Part shown: one piece after another, positions 19,076 to 31,519 of the stretch
How the letters are laid out: each line of letters starts with the position of its first letter
How positions within the stretch are numbered: position 1 is the first letter of the stretch
Source: Desulfamplus sp.
GTDB taxonomy: Bacteria; Desulfobacterota; Desulfobacteria; Desulfobacterales; Desulfobacteraceae
DNA length: 62,816 nucleotides
Direction of reading: 5' to 3'
Assembly (NCBI GenBank): GCA_015232935.1
Contig: JADFYT010000001.1
Coordinates: forward strand, 1 to 62,816
Made by a program: the position numbers and the translations under genes
Notes under the pieces: generated by a model
What the model was told of the DNA's origin: nothing
Databases searched by the model: none
The model's input: only the letters and a program-made list of their open reading frames with translations

Positions 19076-22000
19076 CGACAAGAATCGGATGAAATCGGGT
19101 GATTTTAACCGCACAGTACTGGATTCAATTCCCTTTAATATCGCAATTGTGGGAAAAACAGGCGATATTATTGCTGTAAATGATGCGTGGCAAACCTTTT
19201 CCGCACAAAACGGCGGAGACCCGGCAAGAACCGGTGTAGGCATGAATTATCTGGCTGTGTGCAAAGCAGCGGGAGAGAATCTGGTTCATGATCGATTAAA
19301 AGATATTCTGGAAAACAAAATTTCCCAATTCAGCTTTGAGTATCCATGTGATTCACCCTCGGAGTCACGCAACTTTAATATGAACATTGTACCTCTTAAG
19401 CTTAAGTCCGATCATCAAAGAATTTTTGAATATAAAGACTCCCAAAAAAAAATCGGCCATGAAAAAGAGAGCGGAGCCGTTATTTCCCATATTGATATAA
19501 CATCCCTTAAAAAAACCCAGACTGAACTATCTGAAGTTCTCGAAGAGCTCAAAAAAAGAGAGAATTTTCTAAAAACCATAACCGAAGTATTACCGGGAAT
19601 GGTTGGCTACTGGAAAAATGACCTTCGTTGCCATTTTGCAAACCATGCCTATACAGAATGGTTTGGGAAGACTCCGGAACAGATGCGGGGGATACATGTT
19701 AAAGATATGATGTCCCCTGAACTATTCGCAAGAAACAAACCGTTTATCCAGGCCGCACTTCGCGGTGAGCCTCAGAGTTTTGAGAGAACTCTTGTCAAGC
19801 CTTCGGGCGAAACCGGTTACACATGGGCACATTACGTCCCTGACATAGACGACAACGGAACTGTACAAGGTTTTTTTGTGCTGGTATCTGACATCACTGA
19901 ACTCAAAAAGACTGAATTTGCCCTGAAAGAGAGTGAAAAGACTCTCAATCGAGCTCAGGCAGTGTCCCATACCGGAAGCTGGCATATTGATGCCAAAACG
20001 AATGAGCTCTCCTGGTCAGAACAGAGTTACCGGATTTTCGGGTTTCCCGTTGGCACTCCATTCCGATATGAGGATTTTATCGGAAGAGTTCATCCTGATG
20101 ACCGTGTAGCAGTGGATTCGGCATGGCAGGCAGCCATGAAGGGCCTTCCTTATGACATTGTGCATCGTATTGTTGTGCCACATGCAAATGACGCACTTAA
20201 CAACCCAAATACCCTTGAGAGTGTACAGATCAAATGGGTACGGGAGCAGGCCGAGCTTGTTTTTGACTCAAAAGGCAAACTTAAAACCGGAATCGGCACT
20301 GTTCAGGACATTACAGAGCAAAAGCAGGCGGAAGAGATTATCAGGCAGAACGAGATGCGTCTTGAAAGCATAGTTAAAATCACCCAGCTAACCACAGAGA
20401 ACATCCAGGAGCTTCTGGATTGTGTATTGGACGCCGCGATTACAATGACCCGAAGCAAAATCGGATATCTGTATCATTACGATGATGAGAAACGTGAATT
20501 TACCCTCAATTCTTATTCAAAGGAGGTAATGAAAGAGTGTTCAATAGTTGAGCCCAAAAAACGTTATGAGCTTGACAGGACAGGTATCTGGGGTGAGGTA
20601 ATACGTCAAAGAAAAGCCATACTCCTTAACGATTTCAATGCCTTTCATCCGCTCAAAAAGGGATTTCCTGAAGGCCATGCCCCGCTTTTCCGCTATCTTA
20701 CCCTTCCGGTATTTATCAATGACAGGATAGTCGGGGTTGTCGGGGTCGCCAACAAGGAAAGTGACTATGACCATACAGATCTTCTTCAACTGACCCTGCT
20801 CATGGACGCTGTATGGAGGATCGTGGATCGTATCAACACCGGAAAAAAACTTCTTGAGGCAAAGCAGGCAGCGGAAGAGGCCAATCTTGCCAAAAGCGAG
20901 TTTCTGGCAAATATGAGCCATGAAATCCGTACACCCATGAACGCAATCATTGGACTGTCTCATCTGGCCCTTCAAACTGATGTTGATCCAAGGCAGCACG
21001 ATTACCTTATCAAAATTCACTCATCCGCACAGTCGCTTCTGGGCATTATCAACGATATATTAGACTTCTCCAAAATAGAGGCTCGCAGACTCAAAATAGA
21101 ATCTGTAGATTTCAATCTCAGCGATGTGATGGATCATGTAGGCAACATAGTATCTACAAAAACAGAGGAAAAGGGGCTGGAGCTCATGTTTAAAATAGGT
21201 ACTGATGTACCGTGCAATTTAACAGGCGATCCTCTGCGTCTGGGTCAGATACTTACAAATCTTTTAAACAATGCGGTTAAGTTTACCGACCACGGAGAGA
21301 TCATTGTTTCAGTTGAAGTCGCGGACAGCAGCAAAAAAACCGACGATAAAGCAATAACAGGCAATAATAATGGCTCCAAAGGCAAAGCTGAAACAGACAA
21401 CAACGAAAACACTGAAAAGGAACCGGAAACAGAAAACAAAAACAATAAAATCATACTCCAGTTTTCAGTGCGTGACACAGGTATCGGCATGTCAGACGAG
21501 ACTCTAAGCAGCCTTTTTCACCCCTTCACCCAGGCGGACAGCTCAATTACCAGGCAATATGGAGGTACTGGACTTGGGCTTGCAATCTGCAAAAGCCTTG
21601 TTGAGATGATGGGAGGCAAGATTCATGTCAATAGCACACAAGGCAAAGGCAGCATCTTTACATTTACTGTAAGTTTTGGCCTGACAGAGGAAAAACAACT
21701 CTCATGCCTTGAATCTGTGCCTGATATTAGTGGAGTACGTGTACTTGTAGTAGATGACAATGCCGCAGGAAGAGAGATACTTCTTGAATCTCTGATATCC
21801 TCCTCTTTTGATGCCTGTGCTGTTGACTCAGGAATGGCAGCCATAGAAGAGCTGGAAAATGCTTCACGTAAATCCATGCCATACCGTGTTGTTCTTATGG
21901 ACTGGAAAATGCCTGGAATGGACGGAATTGAAACAGCAATAAAGATACGGCAGGACAAAAGGCTTTCAGAAATACCGGTCATTGTCATGGTGACAGCATT

Positions 22001-23429
22001 TGGCAGAGAAGAGATAAAATATAAAGCAAAACAGGTAGGCATCAAAGGATTTTTAACCAAGCCTGTTCTTCCATCCATGCTTTACAACACTATCCTTGAA
22101 GCTATGGGAATGGAGGAATATGCACTGTCAGTCGCATATTCCGCAAAATCAGCAAAGCACATCTGGCCTGAACTCTGTGGTGTCAGGATTCTTTTAGTTG
22201 AGGATCATCCTATTAACCAGCAGGTTGCACAAGAGCTCCTGGAAGGTGCCAATATGGATGTTCATATTGTGAAAAACGGCAAAGAGGCTGTCGCAAAATT
22301 GAGCAGGGCAAATGCCAGCTATCGTGCGGTTCTCATGGATATACAGATGCCGGTTATGGATGGCTACGAGGCAACAAGGCTGATACGTCTTGATCAAAGA
22401 CACAAGGATCTTCCGATTATAGCAATGACAGCCCATGCAATGGTTGAGGAGAGGGACAGATGTATAGGTATCGGGATGAATGATCATATTGCAAAGCCCC
22501 TTGATCCTGAACAGCTCTTTTCTGTGCTGAAAAAATGGATAAAAAAAGAGAGCTCCGCACTCTCCTTTAAAAAAGAAATCTCGGCAAAACCGGATGACTC
22601 TTGCCATTTTCCAATGACCGAGAACTTACCTATGAGAAAAAATCTTGCAGGAACAAATCTTACTGCGACCAATCTTACAGCAATGAATCTGCCAGCAATG
22701 CAAAATCTTCCTGGATTTGACTTCCCCAAAGCCATTGAAAGGGTCAATGGGAACATAAAACTTCTAAAAACCATTCTTGGCAATTTTTCAGAAGAGTACC
22801 ATGATGCTGCCTCGAAAATAAAAAGACTGCTGGATAAAAAAGATATAGAGCCACTAAAACTATACATTCATACTCTAAAAGGGATAGCCGGAAACATTTC
22901 GGCAACAGACCTTTTTGACTCAATCAAGAGACTTGAGGATTCTGTAAAAAACCGGAATTCCTCTGAAACTGAGCAATCATCCTGTTATGAAGCACTCCTG
23001 CAAAACCTTGAAAACGTGCTTAGAATCTTTCTCTCATCAGCCCTGACTGTAATCCGCAAATATGAAAGTCATGAGACAGGCAGCATGGATGCTTCAGCCA
23101 ACTCAACAGGAACCAGAACAGATACAGTCTCTGAAAATGCCATATCCGAAAGTGCCGTAACTGATTGCCAGGATGATATTGACAAGCTGTTTCCGCTGCT
23201 TCAGGATTTTCATGGGTTAATAAGGAAAAACAGCCTTGATTCCATAAACAAATGGGCTGATATCAAACAGCAGCTAAAAGATACCTGTGTAAAAAAACAG
23301 AGGTCAAACGATAATAGTTTCAAAAAACATATAGACAATATAGAGTCAAATCTGGCCAAATTTAATTTCAAAGGAGCAACCGCTTCTCTGCTGATTATTG
23401 CCAAGGCACTTAAAACAGAATTGAAATAA
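19056..23429 (+). CDS. Hybrid histidine kinase (PAS x3, GAF, HisKA, HATPase, REC x2, Hpt)
   Basis: Repeated DITE PAS ends, [21 protein letters not shown], two receivers, HTLKG. Confidence 0.93.
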   Translation: MKIIRDNDKNRMKSGDFNRTVLDSIPFNIAIVGKTGDIIAVNDAWQTFSAQNGGDPARTGVGMNYLAVCKAAGENLVHDRLKDILENKISQFSFEYPCDSPSESRNFNMNIVPLKLKSDHQRIFEYKDSQKKIGHEKESGAVISHIDITSLKKTQTELSEVLEELKKRENFLKTITEVLPGMVGYWKNDLRCHFANHAYTEWFGKTPEQMRGIHVKDMMSPELFARNKPFIQAALRGEPQSFERTLVKPSGETGYTWAHYVPDIDDNGTVQGFFVLVSDITELKKTEFALKESEKTLNRAQAVSHTGSWHIDAKTNELSWSEQSYRIFGFPVGTPFRYEDFIGRVHPDDRVAVDSAWQAAMKGLPYDIVHRIVVPHANDALNNPNTLESVQIKWVREQAELVFDSKGKLKTGIGTVQDITEQKQAEEIIRQNEMRLESIVKITQLTTENIQELLDCVLDAAITMTRSKIGYLYHYDDEKREFTLNSYSKEVMKECSIVEPKKRYELDRTGIWGEVIRQRKAILLNDFNAFHPLKKGFPEGHAPLFRYLTLPVFINDRIVGVVGVANKESDYDHTDLLQLTLLMDAVWRIVDRINTGKKLLEAKQAAEEANLAKSEFLANMSHEIRTPMNAIIGLSHLALQTDVDPRQHDYLIKIHSSAQSLLGIINDILDFSKIEARRLKIESVDFNLSDVMDHVGNIVSTKTEEKGLELMFKIGTDVPCNLTGDPLRLGQILTNLLNNAVKFTDHGEIIVSVEVADSSKKTDDKAITGNNNGSKGKAETDNNENTEKEPETENKNNKIILQFSVRDTGIGMSDETLSSLFHPFTQADSSITRQYGGTGLGLAICKSLVEMMGGKIHVNSTQGKGSIFTFTVSFGLTEEKQLSCLESVPDISGVRVLVVDDNAAGREILLESLISSSFDACAVDSGMAAIEELENASRKSMPYRVVLMDWKMPGMDGIETAIKIRQDKRLSEIPVIVMVTAFGREEIKYKAKQVGIKGFLTKPVLPSMLYNTILEAMGMEEYALSVAYSAKSAKHIWPELCGVRILLVEDHPINQQVAQELLEGANMDVHIVKNGKEAVAKLSRANASYRAVLMDIQMPVMDGYEATRLIRLDQRHKDLPIIAMTAHAMVEERDRCIGIGMNDHIAKPLDPEQLFSVLKKWIKKESSALSFKKEISAKPDDSCHFPMTENLPMRKNLAGTNLTATNLTAMNLPAMQNLPGFDFPKAIERVNGNIKLLKTILGNFSEEYHDAASKIKRLLDKKDIEPLKLYIHTLKGIAGNISATDLFDSIKRLEDSVKNRNSSETEQSSCYEALLQNLENVLRIFLSSALTVIRKYESHETGSMDASANSTGTRTDTVSENAISESAVTDCQDDIDKLFPLLQDFHGLIRKNSLDSINKWADIKQQLKDTCVKKQRSNDNSFKKHIDNIESNLAKFNFKGATASLLIIAKALKTELK

Positions 23430-23451
23430 CAGGTGTAAGGGAATCAATACA

Positions 23452-24360
23452 ATGCTCAAAAGACAAAAAATACTGATTGTAGATGACACTATCGCCAACA
23501 TCCAGATTTTAGGTGAGACTCTTGGAACAGAATATGAGGTGCTGATAGCTACAAACGGCAGTGACGCTCTGGAGTTGGCACAAGAACAGTTGCCCGATAT
23601 AATTTTACTGGATATCATGATGCCAGGAATGGATGGCTACACTGTCTGCCGTAAACTTAAGTCTGACCCTCAGACTCAATCTATCCCTGTTATCTTTATC
23701 ACATCTATGAACGAGGAAAAAAATGAGGAAAAAGGGCTGGATACAGGAGCTATAGATTATATAATAAAACCTTTCAGACCTCCGATCGTGAAAGCCAGGG
23801 TGAGAAATCACCTTGAACTTAAAAAATACAGAGATCACCTGGAACAGATCTCAATGATGGACGGACTGACAGGCATATCCAACAGACGACGTTTTGACGA
23901 ATATCTGGAACAGGAGTGGAAACGAGGGAGCCGTTCCTGCAACCAGATATCACTTGTGCTTATGGATATTGATCTATTCAAGTCGTTCAATGATAATTAT
24001 GGGCATCTTGAAGGAGACAGATGTCTTAAAATGGTTGCAACAGCACTCTGTGAAAGCCTCCAGAGACCTGCCGATATAGTTGCCAGATACGGTGGAGAGG
24101 AGTTTGTCGCGGTACTTCCTGATACAGACAGCGAAGGAGCCTTGACTATTGCAAAACGTTTCATGGAGAGCGTAAAAAATCTTGGAATAAAGCATGAATA
24201 TTCATCTGTTGCCGAATATGTGACTATCAGTTGCGGTGTGGTTACCGTTATTCCCTGTAAGGGGCAAACCAAGGATGCCCATATAAAACTTGCAGACGAA
24301 CTGCTTTATGAGGCAAAGCAGGCTGGTCGCAATCAGATAAAATGGATTGATGCAATATAG
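23452..24360 (+). CDS. Response regulator diguanylate cyclase (REC-GGDEF)
   Basis: LLDIMMP receiver; RPAD I-site and GGEEF. Confidence 0.93.
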   Translation: MLKRQKILIVDDTIANIQILGETLGTEYEVLIATNGSDALELAQEQLPDIILLDIMMPGMDGYTVCRKLKSDPQTQSIPVIFITSMNEEKNEEKGLDTGAIDYIIKPFRPPIVKARVRNHLELKKYRDHLEQISMMDGLTGISNRRRFDEYLEQEWKRGSRSCNQISLVLMDIDLFKSFNDNYGHLEGDRCLKMVATALCESLQRPADIVARYGGEEFVAVLPDTDSEGALTIAKRFMESVKNLGIKHEYSSVAEYVTISCGVVTVIPCKGQTKDAHIKLADELLYEAKQAGRNQIKWIDAI

Positions 24361-24372
24361 CAAGGAGAACGC

Positions 24373-24795
24373 ATGAAAGGAAAAACAATCCAATGGAGAG
24401 ATGAGTTTTCAACAGGCAATGACATTCTTGATATTCAGCATAAGGAGCTCATAACAAGAATATCAAAACTGCTTGAGGAAGCGGAGTTGCTGAACACTGC
24501 TGCAATTTCCGGTACAATAGATTTTTTGTTTGATTACGTTTATTCTCATTTCGTACTGGAAGAGAAAATGATGATTCAGACAGGATATCCTGATTTTGAG
24601 GTGCATCTGGAACAACATACCTATTATGTCAAATACATCAATAATCTTAAAAAAACCAGACTGATAACGCGTGAGCTTATAAGTGAAATGCAGAGCGTAT
24701 TGTTAGTCTGGTTTCTTGAACATATTATCATGGAAGATCGCAAAATGGCAGAACACCTGAGGGAATATTGCCATAACGGATATTCTTCAAATTAA
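24373..24795 (+). CDS. Bacteriohemerythrin
   Basis: DIQH, HFVLEE, HLEQH, HIIMED di-iron ligand pattern. Confidence 0.92.
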   Translation: MKGKTIQWRDEFSTGNDILDIQHKELITRISKLLEEAELLNTAAISGTIDFLFDYVYSHFVLEEKMMIQTGYPDFEVHLEQHTYYVKYINNLKKTRLITRELISEMQSVLLVWFLEHIIMEDRKMAEHLREYCHNGYSSN

Positions 24796-25198
24796 ACAGA
24801 ACTCCTGCAAACCGGATTTTACCCCTTGATTGTACTTGATTGACCTGTCTCCTTTAAAATATTTTTATCATAAAACGCGTTTTTCTTTTACATGACAAAC
24901 ATATCCAATCTTTTTACATACCCCGGCCATGACAGAGATATAGACTTGACCAGTGAAGTTGTGCAATGACTCCTGAAAAACAAGCTGTTTTTAGATTTTG
25001 ATCAACCTTTAGAGCCTTACTTATCAAAGGCTCTAAAGGAACATGACTTAACAAGAGAGATTAAACCAACTAAAAATAGACTGTATCTATATATAGTTTT
25101 CCAGAAAAGTCTTTTGGTGAGACAAAACCCTTTACCAGTTGGTTCCGGCAGCATTTCCATCAATTTAATTATCTGGAAGTCTATAGTTATACTGTCTA

Positions 25199-25214
25199 TG
25201 GCATAGCTCTTGCT
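25199..25214 (+). promoter_or_regulatory. Sigma54 -24/-12 promoter
   Basis: TGGCATAGCTCTTGCT, GG-N10-GC, about 100 bp before ATG 25317. Confidence 0.65.
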
Positions 25215-25316
25215 GATTTCTTTCATTTTATGAATATTGTGGGCATGTTTCATATCACATCAAAGATACTGAATGGCTATAGAGCAAAATTTCAAAAATA
25301 CAAGGAGGCACTGTCA

Positions 25317-26228
25317 ATGAATAATCAGTCAGCAACGAGCAAAAAATTTAAACTTGGACTACACACCTATACCCTTCATCTTTGGGGGCTTGGTCAGAAC
25401 TGGGGAATACATGCTGACCCAAGGCCCAAAGAGATGACTCTGATGCAGTTGATGGACAAAGCCCTAGAGTGGGGGCTGGATGGCCTTCATATCACTGGCT
25501 GCGATCTGGAAAGCAAGGACGATAAGAGACTCAAGGAGGTACGGGCTGCTGCCGAGGATCATGGTTTGTATCTGGAATATAACTTCTCTTTAAATGAAGA
25601 GTTCGATAATCGCCTGACTGACACGGTTACCCGGGGAATTCATATCGCCAGGATGCTGGGGGCGGATTACGGTAAGGTCAGTCTGGATATTCGCAGACCA
25701 AGGCCGCTTTATGGAAGTTGCTTTCACCCTGTTGTAATGAGGCAGTTGTGCGATATTCACGATGAGATCAAAGCGGCAATTCCTCTGCTGGAGCAGTCAG
25801 GCGTTAAACTTGGTCTGGAAAATCACACCGAAACCTTCGCAGATGAAGTTATATGGCTGATTGACAGACTCAACCACCCGCAGATCGGGGCATGTATGGA
25901 TACAGTAAATTCAATGGGAGTTCTGGAGGGGCCTGAAACGGCTATTGCCAAACTTGCACCATATGCTTTCATAAACCATTTTTGTGATCATAAACTGGAT
26001 AGGGATCAGTTCGGGATAAGATTTCACGGAGTTGCCCTGGGAGATGGAGATATGGACTGCATGAGAATCTATAACCTTATCAAAGATGTCTCTCCGACTG
26101 ACCGGATCAATTTTGAAATTGAGTGGGATATGGGCAATGATCCCATTGATGTAGCCCGAGAAAAAGAGTTGGATGCATGTATCAGAAGCATCAAATATGC
26201 ACGGGATGTTCTTAAAATAGGACAATAA
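25317..26228 (+). CDS. Sugar-phosphate isomerase/epimerase-like (AP endonuclease 2) TIM-barrel protein
   Basis: LENH, DTVN, HFCDH, LGDGDMD, NFE metal motifs; AAGGAGG RBS before 25317. Confidence 0.8.
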   Translation: MNNQSATSKKFKLGLHTYTLHLWGLGQNWGIHADPRPKEMTLMQLMDKALEWGLDGLHITGCDLESKDDKRLKEVRAAAEDHGLYLEYNFSLNEEFDNRLTDTVTRGIHIARMLGADYGKVSLDIRRPRPLYGSCFHPVVMRQLCDIHDEIKAAIPLLEQSGVKLGLENHTETFADEVIWLIDRLNHPQIGACMDTVNSMGVLEGPETAIAKLAPYAFINHFCDHKLDRDQFGIRFHGVALGDGDMDCMRIYNLIKDVSPTDRINFEIEWDMGNDPIDVAREKELDACIRSIKYARDVLKIGQ

Positions 26229-26365
26229 AGGTTTTACTATGAAAACGGGCATGCTTCAAAAACGGGCATGCTTCATTTGACGGATTACACTTTCTTCAGG
26301 CTTATCCCTAATTTTTAGGGGTTTCCCTCAAAAAAAATGCAAACTACTTTTGAGGTGATATGAAG

Positions 26366-26430
26366 GATGCCTGAAAATGTATTTTTACTTTCAAGATTCG
26401 GGGCGGCCACACAGTAACGATGAATGTTTA
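26366..26430 (-). mobile_element. About 65-bp miniature IS110-like element, type I (degenerate)
   Basis: Minus strand TAAACATTCATCGTTACTGTGTGGCCGCCCCGAATCTTGAAA...TTTCA. Confidence 0.6.
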
Positions 26431-26584
26431 TTGCAAAGTCAATCTATATTGATTGATGCTATTCTTAAATTGAAGAAGATTCAGCTTCTAAACAAAAATA
26501 ACTTGTCAATAACGAGGCAATAAGATATTCGTTTTTTTGTCATCCTTCATTTGCCAGTTGACACTTCTTGTATAATTTTCCAGA

Positions 26585-26662
26585 TAACCGGCAAGGCCGG
26601 AGCGGGGTAGTGGCTCTCGGCCACAACGAAGAATGATGAGAACAGGAATAACTCATTACTAA
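26585..26662 (+). mobile_element. 78-bp divergent miniature IS110-like element
   Basis: TAAC...GTGGC-TCTCG-GCCACAACGAAGAATGATGAG...CTCATTAC-TAA; same CACAACGAA.AATGA core and CAGATAAC flank as 14288. Confidence 0.5.
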
Positions 26663-26664
26663 AA

Positions 26665-28788
26665 ATGGAGATGCTGAACATGAAGTTAAAAATCAAATCA
26701 AAACTGATTCTGGGTGCTTTGGCTATGGCTATTATTCTGATGTCTTCATCTGCCGCAATTGTGTCGGTCATTGTTGGCAAACAGACCCGTACCGGAATTG
26801 ATGAAAACCTGACCAGAACAGTCAATATTATAAAAGACGAACTGACTGCTCACGAGAAAGCCATAATGGATCAGTGCAAACGTCTTGTCTCAAGCAGCGA
26901 CATGGCAAACGAGATCAAATTTCTCCATGATTACCCTGGCAAAGATTCCATGACCACTACCAGAAGCACTTTTGTTGGCAATGCAGGGACTCTTTTTCAA
27001 TCAGCATCCACCAATAAATTCAGTAGCATAGCCACATATGACATTGATGGCAACTTAACTACATTTGTCGTAGATAAAAAAAATGACCGCTATTTTGCGG
27101 GCTTTCACCTGCTTGATAAAACTGGTTCAGCATTCATGGGAGGAGAACTGGAAGGAAGCGATAAACTCAATGACGATAAATTTCTCGACAATGCTACCCA
27201 GCCTGAATTACCAATTAAACTTGATCTTTCAGATAGAGACATTTCATCAGAAACTGCAAAACTTACGATAAATCGCAATAGCCTCTCCATTCAAGTGATA
27301 ATACCACTTATGGGTAACGCATACAATCCTGCCACAGAACAGGTGGAACCAACTCCAATGGGGATATTGGTAACCTACTATGATATTTCCAATGAATTTG
27401 CCACAAAAATGAAAAAAATGACTGATCTTGACATTAACATATACATAAATGGAAAATATCTTGAAGGTACATTGAAATCCTATCAGGCGTATGAGACAAA
27501 AGAACCATTTAAAAGCAGCAAAGATCTTGAGTCACAAAAAATTTACATAGACGGATTCAAACTTGGTAATGATCAATATTTCCATGCACTTCTGCCTGTA
27601 TTTGACAAGGACAAACTTATCGGAACAATTGCTACCATACAGTCAGGCAGTCTAATATCCATAAATATCAAAACCATTCTCATTCAGCTTGGAGTTGTAA
27701 ATATATTATGCATTCTTCTGATTATCCCTGTAATCTATTTTTTATCCCTGCGGCTTTCAAAACCACTCAAAGAGGTGGTAAACAGACTCAAGGATATTGC
27801 ACAGGGAGAGGGAGATCTGACGATGCGCCTTGAAGAAAAGAGCCATGACGAGATAGGAGAGCTTGCCCACTGGTTCAATATTTTCATTGAAAAACTTCAG
27901 GCAATCATAGGACATATAGCTCTAAATTCCAAACAGCTCAACTTGTCGTCCCAGGATATGGCAAAGCTGTCAGGCCAGATGTCTGAAAACTCCTGCGATA
28001 TGGTGGGCAATCTTGACGCAACAAGCTCTTCAGTTGAAGGTGTTAATGAAAATTTTATCTCTGTGGCAGCCGCCATGGAGGAGTCAAGCACCAATCTGAG
28101 CATGATCGTGGCTGCCTCTGAAGAGATGGCTGTTACCATAAGCGAGGTCTCACGAAAGACGGAAAACGCAAGCAGGGTCTCCAATGAAGCTGTTGCAAGG
28201 GCAAGCGAAATCTCAGGCAGGATTAAAGAACTTGGCAACGCTGCCCAGAAAATCGGGAAGGTTACTGACATTATTAATGAAATATCCGAACAGACAAATC
28301 TTCTTTCACTTAATGCAACCATTGAAGCAGCCCGGGCGGGAGAAGCGGGCAAGGGATTTACAGTCGTGGCAGGCGAGATAAAAGAGCTTGCGAAACAGAC
28401 TGCTGTTGCAACAAAAGATATCAAGGAGCAGATCGACGGCATTCAACAATCCACAGAAAGAACAGCCAAGGATGTTGAAGATATTCTGGCTGTAATCAAT
28501 ACCGTCAATGAGACCGTGATATCAATTGTCTCTGATATTGGTGAACAATCCTCTGCAACCCAGGAGATAAACGAGAATGTTGCTCATGCATCTCAGGGTA
28601 TATCCGAGGTAAATCAGAGTATTGCCCAGAACTCAGCCATTGTTGTAAAGATTAATGGCAATATATCAAAGATTGATGCCCTTGCTCACAATATAGCCAA
28701 TCGAAGCTCCGATGTTGCAGACGGTGCCAAATCGCTTTTTAACCTTTCAGAAAAATTAGACGAGTTGGTCAAAAAATTTAAAATATAA
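26665..28788 (+). CDS. Methyl-accepting chemotaxis protein
   Basis: Two TM segments, [27 protein letters not shown]; start may be 26680. Confidence 0.93.
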   Translation: MEMLNMKLKIKSKLILGALAMAIILMSSSAAIVSVIVGKQTRTGIDENLTRTVNIIKDELTAHEKAIMDQCKRLVSSSDMANEIKFLHDYPGKDSMTTTRSTFVGNAGTLFQSASTNKFSSIATYDIDGNLTTFVVDKKNDRYFAGFHLLDKTGSAFMGGELEGSDKLNDDKFLDNATQPELPIKLDLSDRDISSETAKLTINRNSLSIQVIIPLMGNAYNPATEQVEPTPMGILVTYYDISNEFATKMKKMTDLDINIYINGKYLEGTLKSYQAYETKEPFKSSKDLESQKIYIDGFKLGNDQYFHALLPVFDKDKLIGTIATIQSGSLISINIKTILIQLGVVNILCILLIIPVIYFLSLRLSKPLKEVVNRLKDIAQGEGDLTMRLEEKSHDEIGELAHWFNIFIEKLQAIIGHIALNSKQLNLSSQDMAKLSGQMSENSCDMVGNLDATSSSVEGVNENFISVAAAMEESSTNLSMIVAASEEMAVTISEVSRKTENASRVSNEAVARASEISGRIKELGNAAQKIGKVTDIINEISEQTNLLSLNATIEAARAGEAGKGFTVVAGEIKELAKQTAVATKDIKEQIDGIQQSTERTAKDVEDILAVINTVNETVISIVSDIGEQSSATQEINENVAHASQGISEVNQSIAQNSAIVVKINGNISKIDALAHNIANRSSDVADGAKSLFNLSEKLDELVKKFKI

Positions 28789-28825
28789 GTCAACAGTATT
28801 CCTGGACTATCCTGAGGGTGTATTT

Positions 28826-30709
28826 TTAAGCTTTTTGATTCATTTGGACGAGTTCAAGTTTCTGATTAATTCTGTGGGCAATGGCATAGGCATCGCTTGG
28901 AGTCTTGCCTGTCACAGGCCTTGCTATTTTGAGCTTGTGGAGATCAAAACCCTCTGTTGCTATATTTCTTGCGGAACTTTCAGTGTGTGATCTGTCAACC
29001 CTGGCATTTATTGATGACCCTGTTGTTTGTATCAGTATTTTTTCCACCAGTTCTAAAAGGTGTGACAGAAAATTGTATGTCTGGGTAGGAGTAACCGTTC
29101 CTCTTGGAAACAAGATCTCTTCCACTGGCATATTATTAAGAAACAGCATCATCTGGTAGTTGGCTATGCTTACCTTCAGTACATTCGCAGGTTTTTTCTC
29201 CTCAAAACGCTCCAGAGGAATCTTCTGAGTCTTGTCCCGCATAGCAGGAGAGAGAGTTATTTTAATCCATGCGTCAATAAGCTGCTGTATGATAATAAGC
29301 ATATGATAAATATCATTAGGCGTAACAATACGCTCTTCTCCAAACCGGCTTACAATCAGGTTAAACAACTCCGCAATGGACTCAATGTTTTTGCCGGCAT
29401 TCTGGCTCTTCTCAATCTGCTCAAGGGTGCTGTAACTGTAAGATACAACTTCATCCATCCGCTTTGTAATCTGCTCGGAGTTTTCATTGGCTTCACTCAT
29501 GTGCTCACTCATTCTGCCCATCATCCTGGTCTGTTCGACCATCAGATCGTTGATGGAAAGGGTGATGCTGTTCATTTTTCTGACCACCTCTTCAACCGTT
29601 TCAATGGATGAAACCGACAAGGGAATTTTCCCCAATATCTGATCCACTACATTGGTAATCTCTTCAGACATGGTGGCTGTCTGTTTTGCAAGGTTGCCAA
29701 CCTCTCTTGCAATTACAGCAAATCCTCTTCCCGCACTGCCGGCTTTTACCGCTTCAATATTGGCGTTTAAAGCAAGCACATGTGTCTGTGCCATTATCTC
29801 TTTTATGGTCTGGGTGGTTTTGGAGATACTGCTTGCCATGGAACTCAAGTCTGTAATCAGCTTTCTGGTCGAACGTGATTCTGCAAGGGCGGTTTCACTG
29901 ATCTGCCTGCTGTTTGTGACATTCTCGGCAATAACCTGGAACTTTGATGAACTCTGATCCACAGCCTGACTGAGCTTAAGAATGAGTTTTGTCACCTCTC
30001 TTGAGAAAGAGGCTACATCCTGGGCCTGCTGTGAAGTGCCCTGAGCAATCTCCTGAACCTTGAACGAAGATGTCATCAGCTCCCTTGATGCGGTTGTAAG
30101 TTCACCGGAGGTGTTTTCAATCTGCTCCTCCACAACCTTTTCCCACCGTTTCTGGTTTCGTTCTCTTGTAATGAGTTCCCATGTAATCATGATTCTATCA
30201 TCAATCATGTTTTTCTGGGAAATTGGCAAAGCATGTGCAGATATTATTTCACTGCCGATATCAAGGACAGATACTACCGGAAAATTTTTTCTGTTCTGGA
30301 ACACCGCTTTATGTTCTTGAGGATTAAGATAGAAATCAAAATAGTTATAGGTAATGAGTTCGTTCAAATCCTTGATTGGAAGCCAGGTGGATATCTTTTT
30401 AAAAATAGATGCAAAAAACGTATTGCAAAAGATTATTCTTCCGGTTGAATCAATGATTAAAATACCGGAATTGATATTATTTAGAAGCTCGTACTCCCTG
30501 TTATACCTTTTTCTGGATAGTGCGAAAAAGAGCACTCCTGGAAAAAGAACTGCAAAGAATATGGATAATCTCAAGAGAGTCCGCTCCCTAAAATACAAGA
30601 TTCCAAAAATGGCACTTGCACCTTCGAGAACAAGAACCAAGACACATGATAACAAAAAGCATCTTAAAATTATTGAGACAGGAATTTTTTTTAATAATGT
30701 TATTATCAA
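28826..30709 (-). CDS. Methyl-accepting chemotaxis protein with PAS-like domain and C-terminal extension
   Basis: Two TM segments, SGILIIDSTGRIIFCN, QTHVLALNANIEAVKAGSAGRGF. Confidence 0.85.
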   Translation of the reverse strand: MIITLLKKIPVSIILRCFLLSCVLVLVLEGASAIFGILYFRERTLLRLSIFFAVLFPGVLFFALSRKRYNREYELLNNINSGILIIDSTGRIIFCNTFFASIFKKISTWLPIKDLNELITYNYFDFYLNPQEHKAVFQNRKNFPVVSVLDIGSEIISAHALPISQKNMIDDRIMITWELITRERNQKRWEKVVEEQIENTSGELTTASRELMTSSFKVQEIAQGTSQQAQDVASFSREVTKLILKLSQAVDQSSSKFQVIAENVTNSRQISETALAESRSTRKLITDLSSMASSISKTTQTIKEIMAQTHVLALNANIEAVKAGSAGRGFAVIAREVGNLAKQTATMSEEITNVVDQILGKIPLSVSSIETVEEVVRKMNSITLSINDLMVEQTRMMGRMSEHMSEANENSEQITKRMDEVVSYSYSTLEQIEKSQNAGKNIESIAELFNLIVSRFGEERIVTPNDIYHMLIIIQQLIDAWIKITLSPAMRDKTQKIPLERFEEKKPANVLKVSIANYQMMLFLNNMPVEEILFPRGTVTPTQTYNFLSHLLELVEKILIQTTGSSINARVDRSHTESSARNIATEGFDLHKLKIARPVTGKTPSDAYAIAHRINQKLELVQMNQKA

Positions 30710-31041
30710 TTATCACGACCTGATTATTTTTTATGCAACTGATAGAGAATCTATCCAATGCCTGGGATTTGGTGGACAATCACACAGACCTGTTCCCTCT
30801 ATGTTTTTTTGATTCTTGTTTGTACCTGTGAGTTCTTATTTGTACCTGTGAGTGCATGGGCTGTTTAGCAACTCTTCACAAAAACAAAATTGCAAGATAA
30901 TAATAGTTTCAGCCGGATTAATCAAGGCTATCAGATTTCTTTTTGTTGTCTTTTCTTTTTGTTGCCTTCAAAAAAAGGTGTTATCAAGTTTTTGCCATTG
31001 GAGCTTGCGGCACGCCATAAGAAAATGGCTTAATACGAATA

Positions 31042-31422
31042 TCAAATCTGAAAAATGGCTTCAACCTCGATATCAGCACCCATAGGCAGAGCCCCAACCT
31101 GAAAAGCACTTCGTGCCGGAAAAGGCTCTTTAAAATATTGGGCATACACCTCGTTTACCGCCTTAAAATTGGTTATATCTGCAAGAAAAATTGTTATTTT
31201 TACAGCATTGTCAAAAGTTGTACCCGCTTCTTTTGCAATCGCCGCTATGTTTTTGAAAACCATATGAGCCTTATCCTCAATAGTTCCGCCAATAAGATTA
31301 CCCGAAGAAGGGTCTATTGGAAGCTGACCTGATGTAAAAAGAAGATTGCCAGCGACTACCCCTTGAGAATAGGGGCCAATTGCTGCCGGAGCCGCATCAG
31401 TCTTGATGATTTTTTTTGACAT
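31042..31422 (-). CDS. ridA: RidA family enamine/imine deaminase
   Basis: APAAIGPYSQ, SGQLP, PARS, VEAI; GGAGG RBS before 31422. Confidence 0.92.
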   Translation of the reverse strand: MSKKIIKTDAAPAAIGPYSQGVVAGNLLFTSGQLPIDPSSGNLIGGTIEDKAHMVFKNIAAIAKEAGTTFDNAVKITIFLADITNFKAVNEVYAQYFKEPFPARSAFQVGALPMGADIEVEAIFQI

Positions 31423-31454
31423 TGTAATCCTCCATAATAATACTGTCCGTAAAA

Positions 31455-31519
31455 TAAACACTCATGGCTCTTGTGTGGCCACACCGAATCATGAAAACCG
31501 GAATGAGTTTTCATGGCAG
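31455..31519 (+). mobile_element. 65-bp miniature IS110-like element, type I
   Basis: TAAACACTCATGGCTCTTGTGTGGCCACACCGAATCATGAAAAC...GTTTTCATGG; closely resembles the IS110 end at 543-585. Confidence 0.72.

Noticed and set aside
26585-26662. c-di-GMP riboswitch or hammerhead ribozyme ahead of the MCP
   Set aside because: Diagnostic cores are absent; it is better explained as a member of the mini-IS110 family.
30354-31085. Plus-strand ORFs of 152 and 77 aa, and other short overlapping ORFs in the track
   Set aside because: Antisense or out-of-frame shadows of well-supported genes, without motifs.
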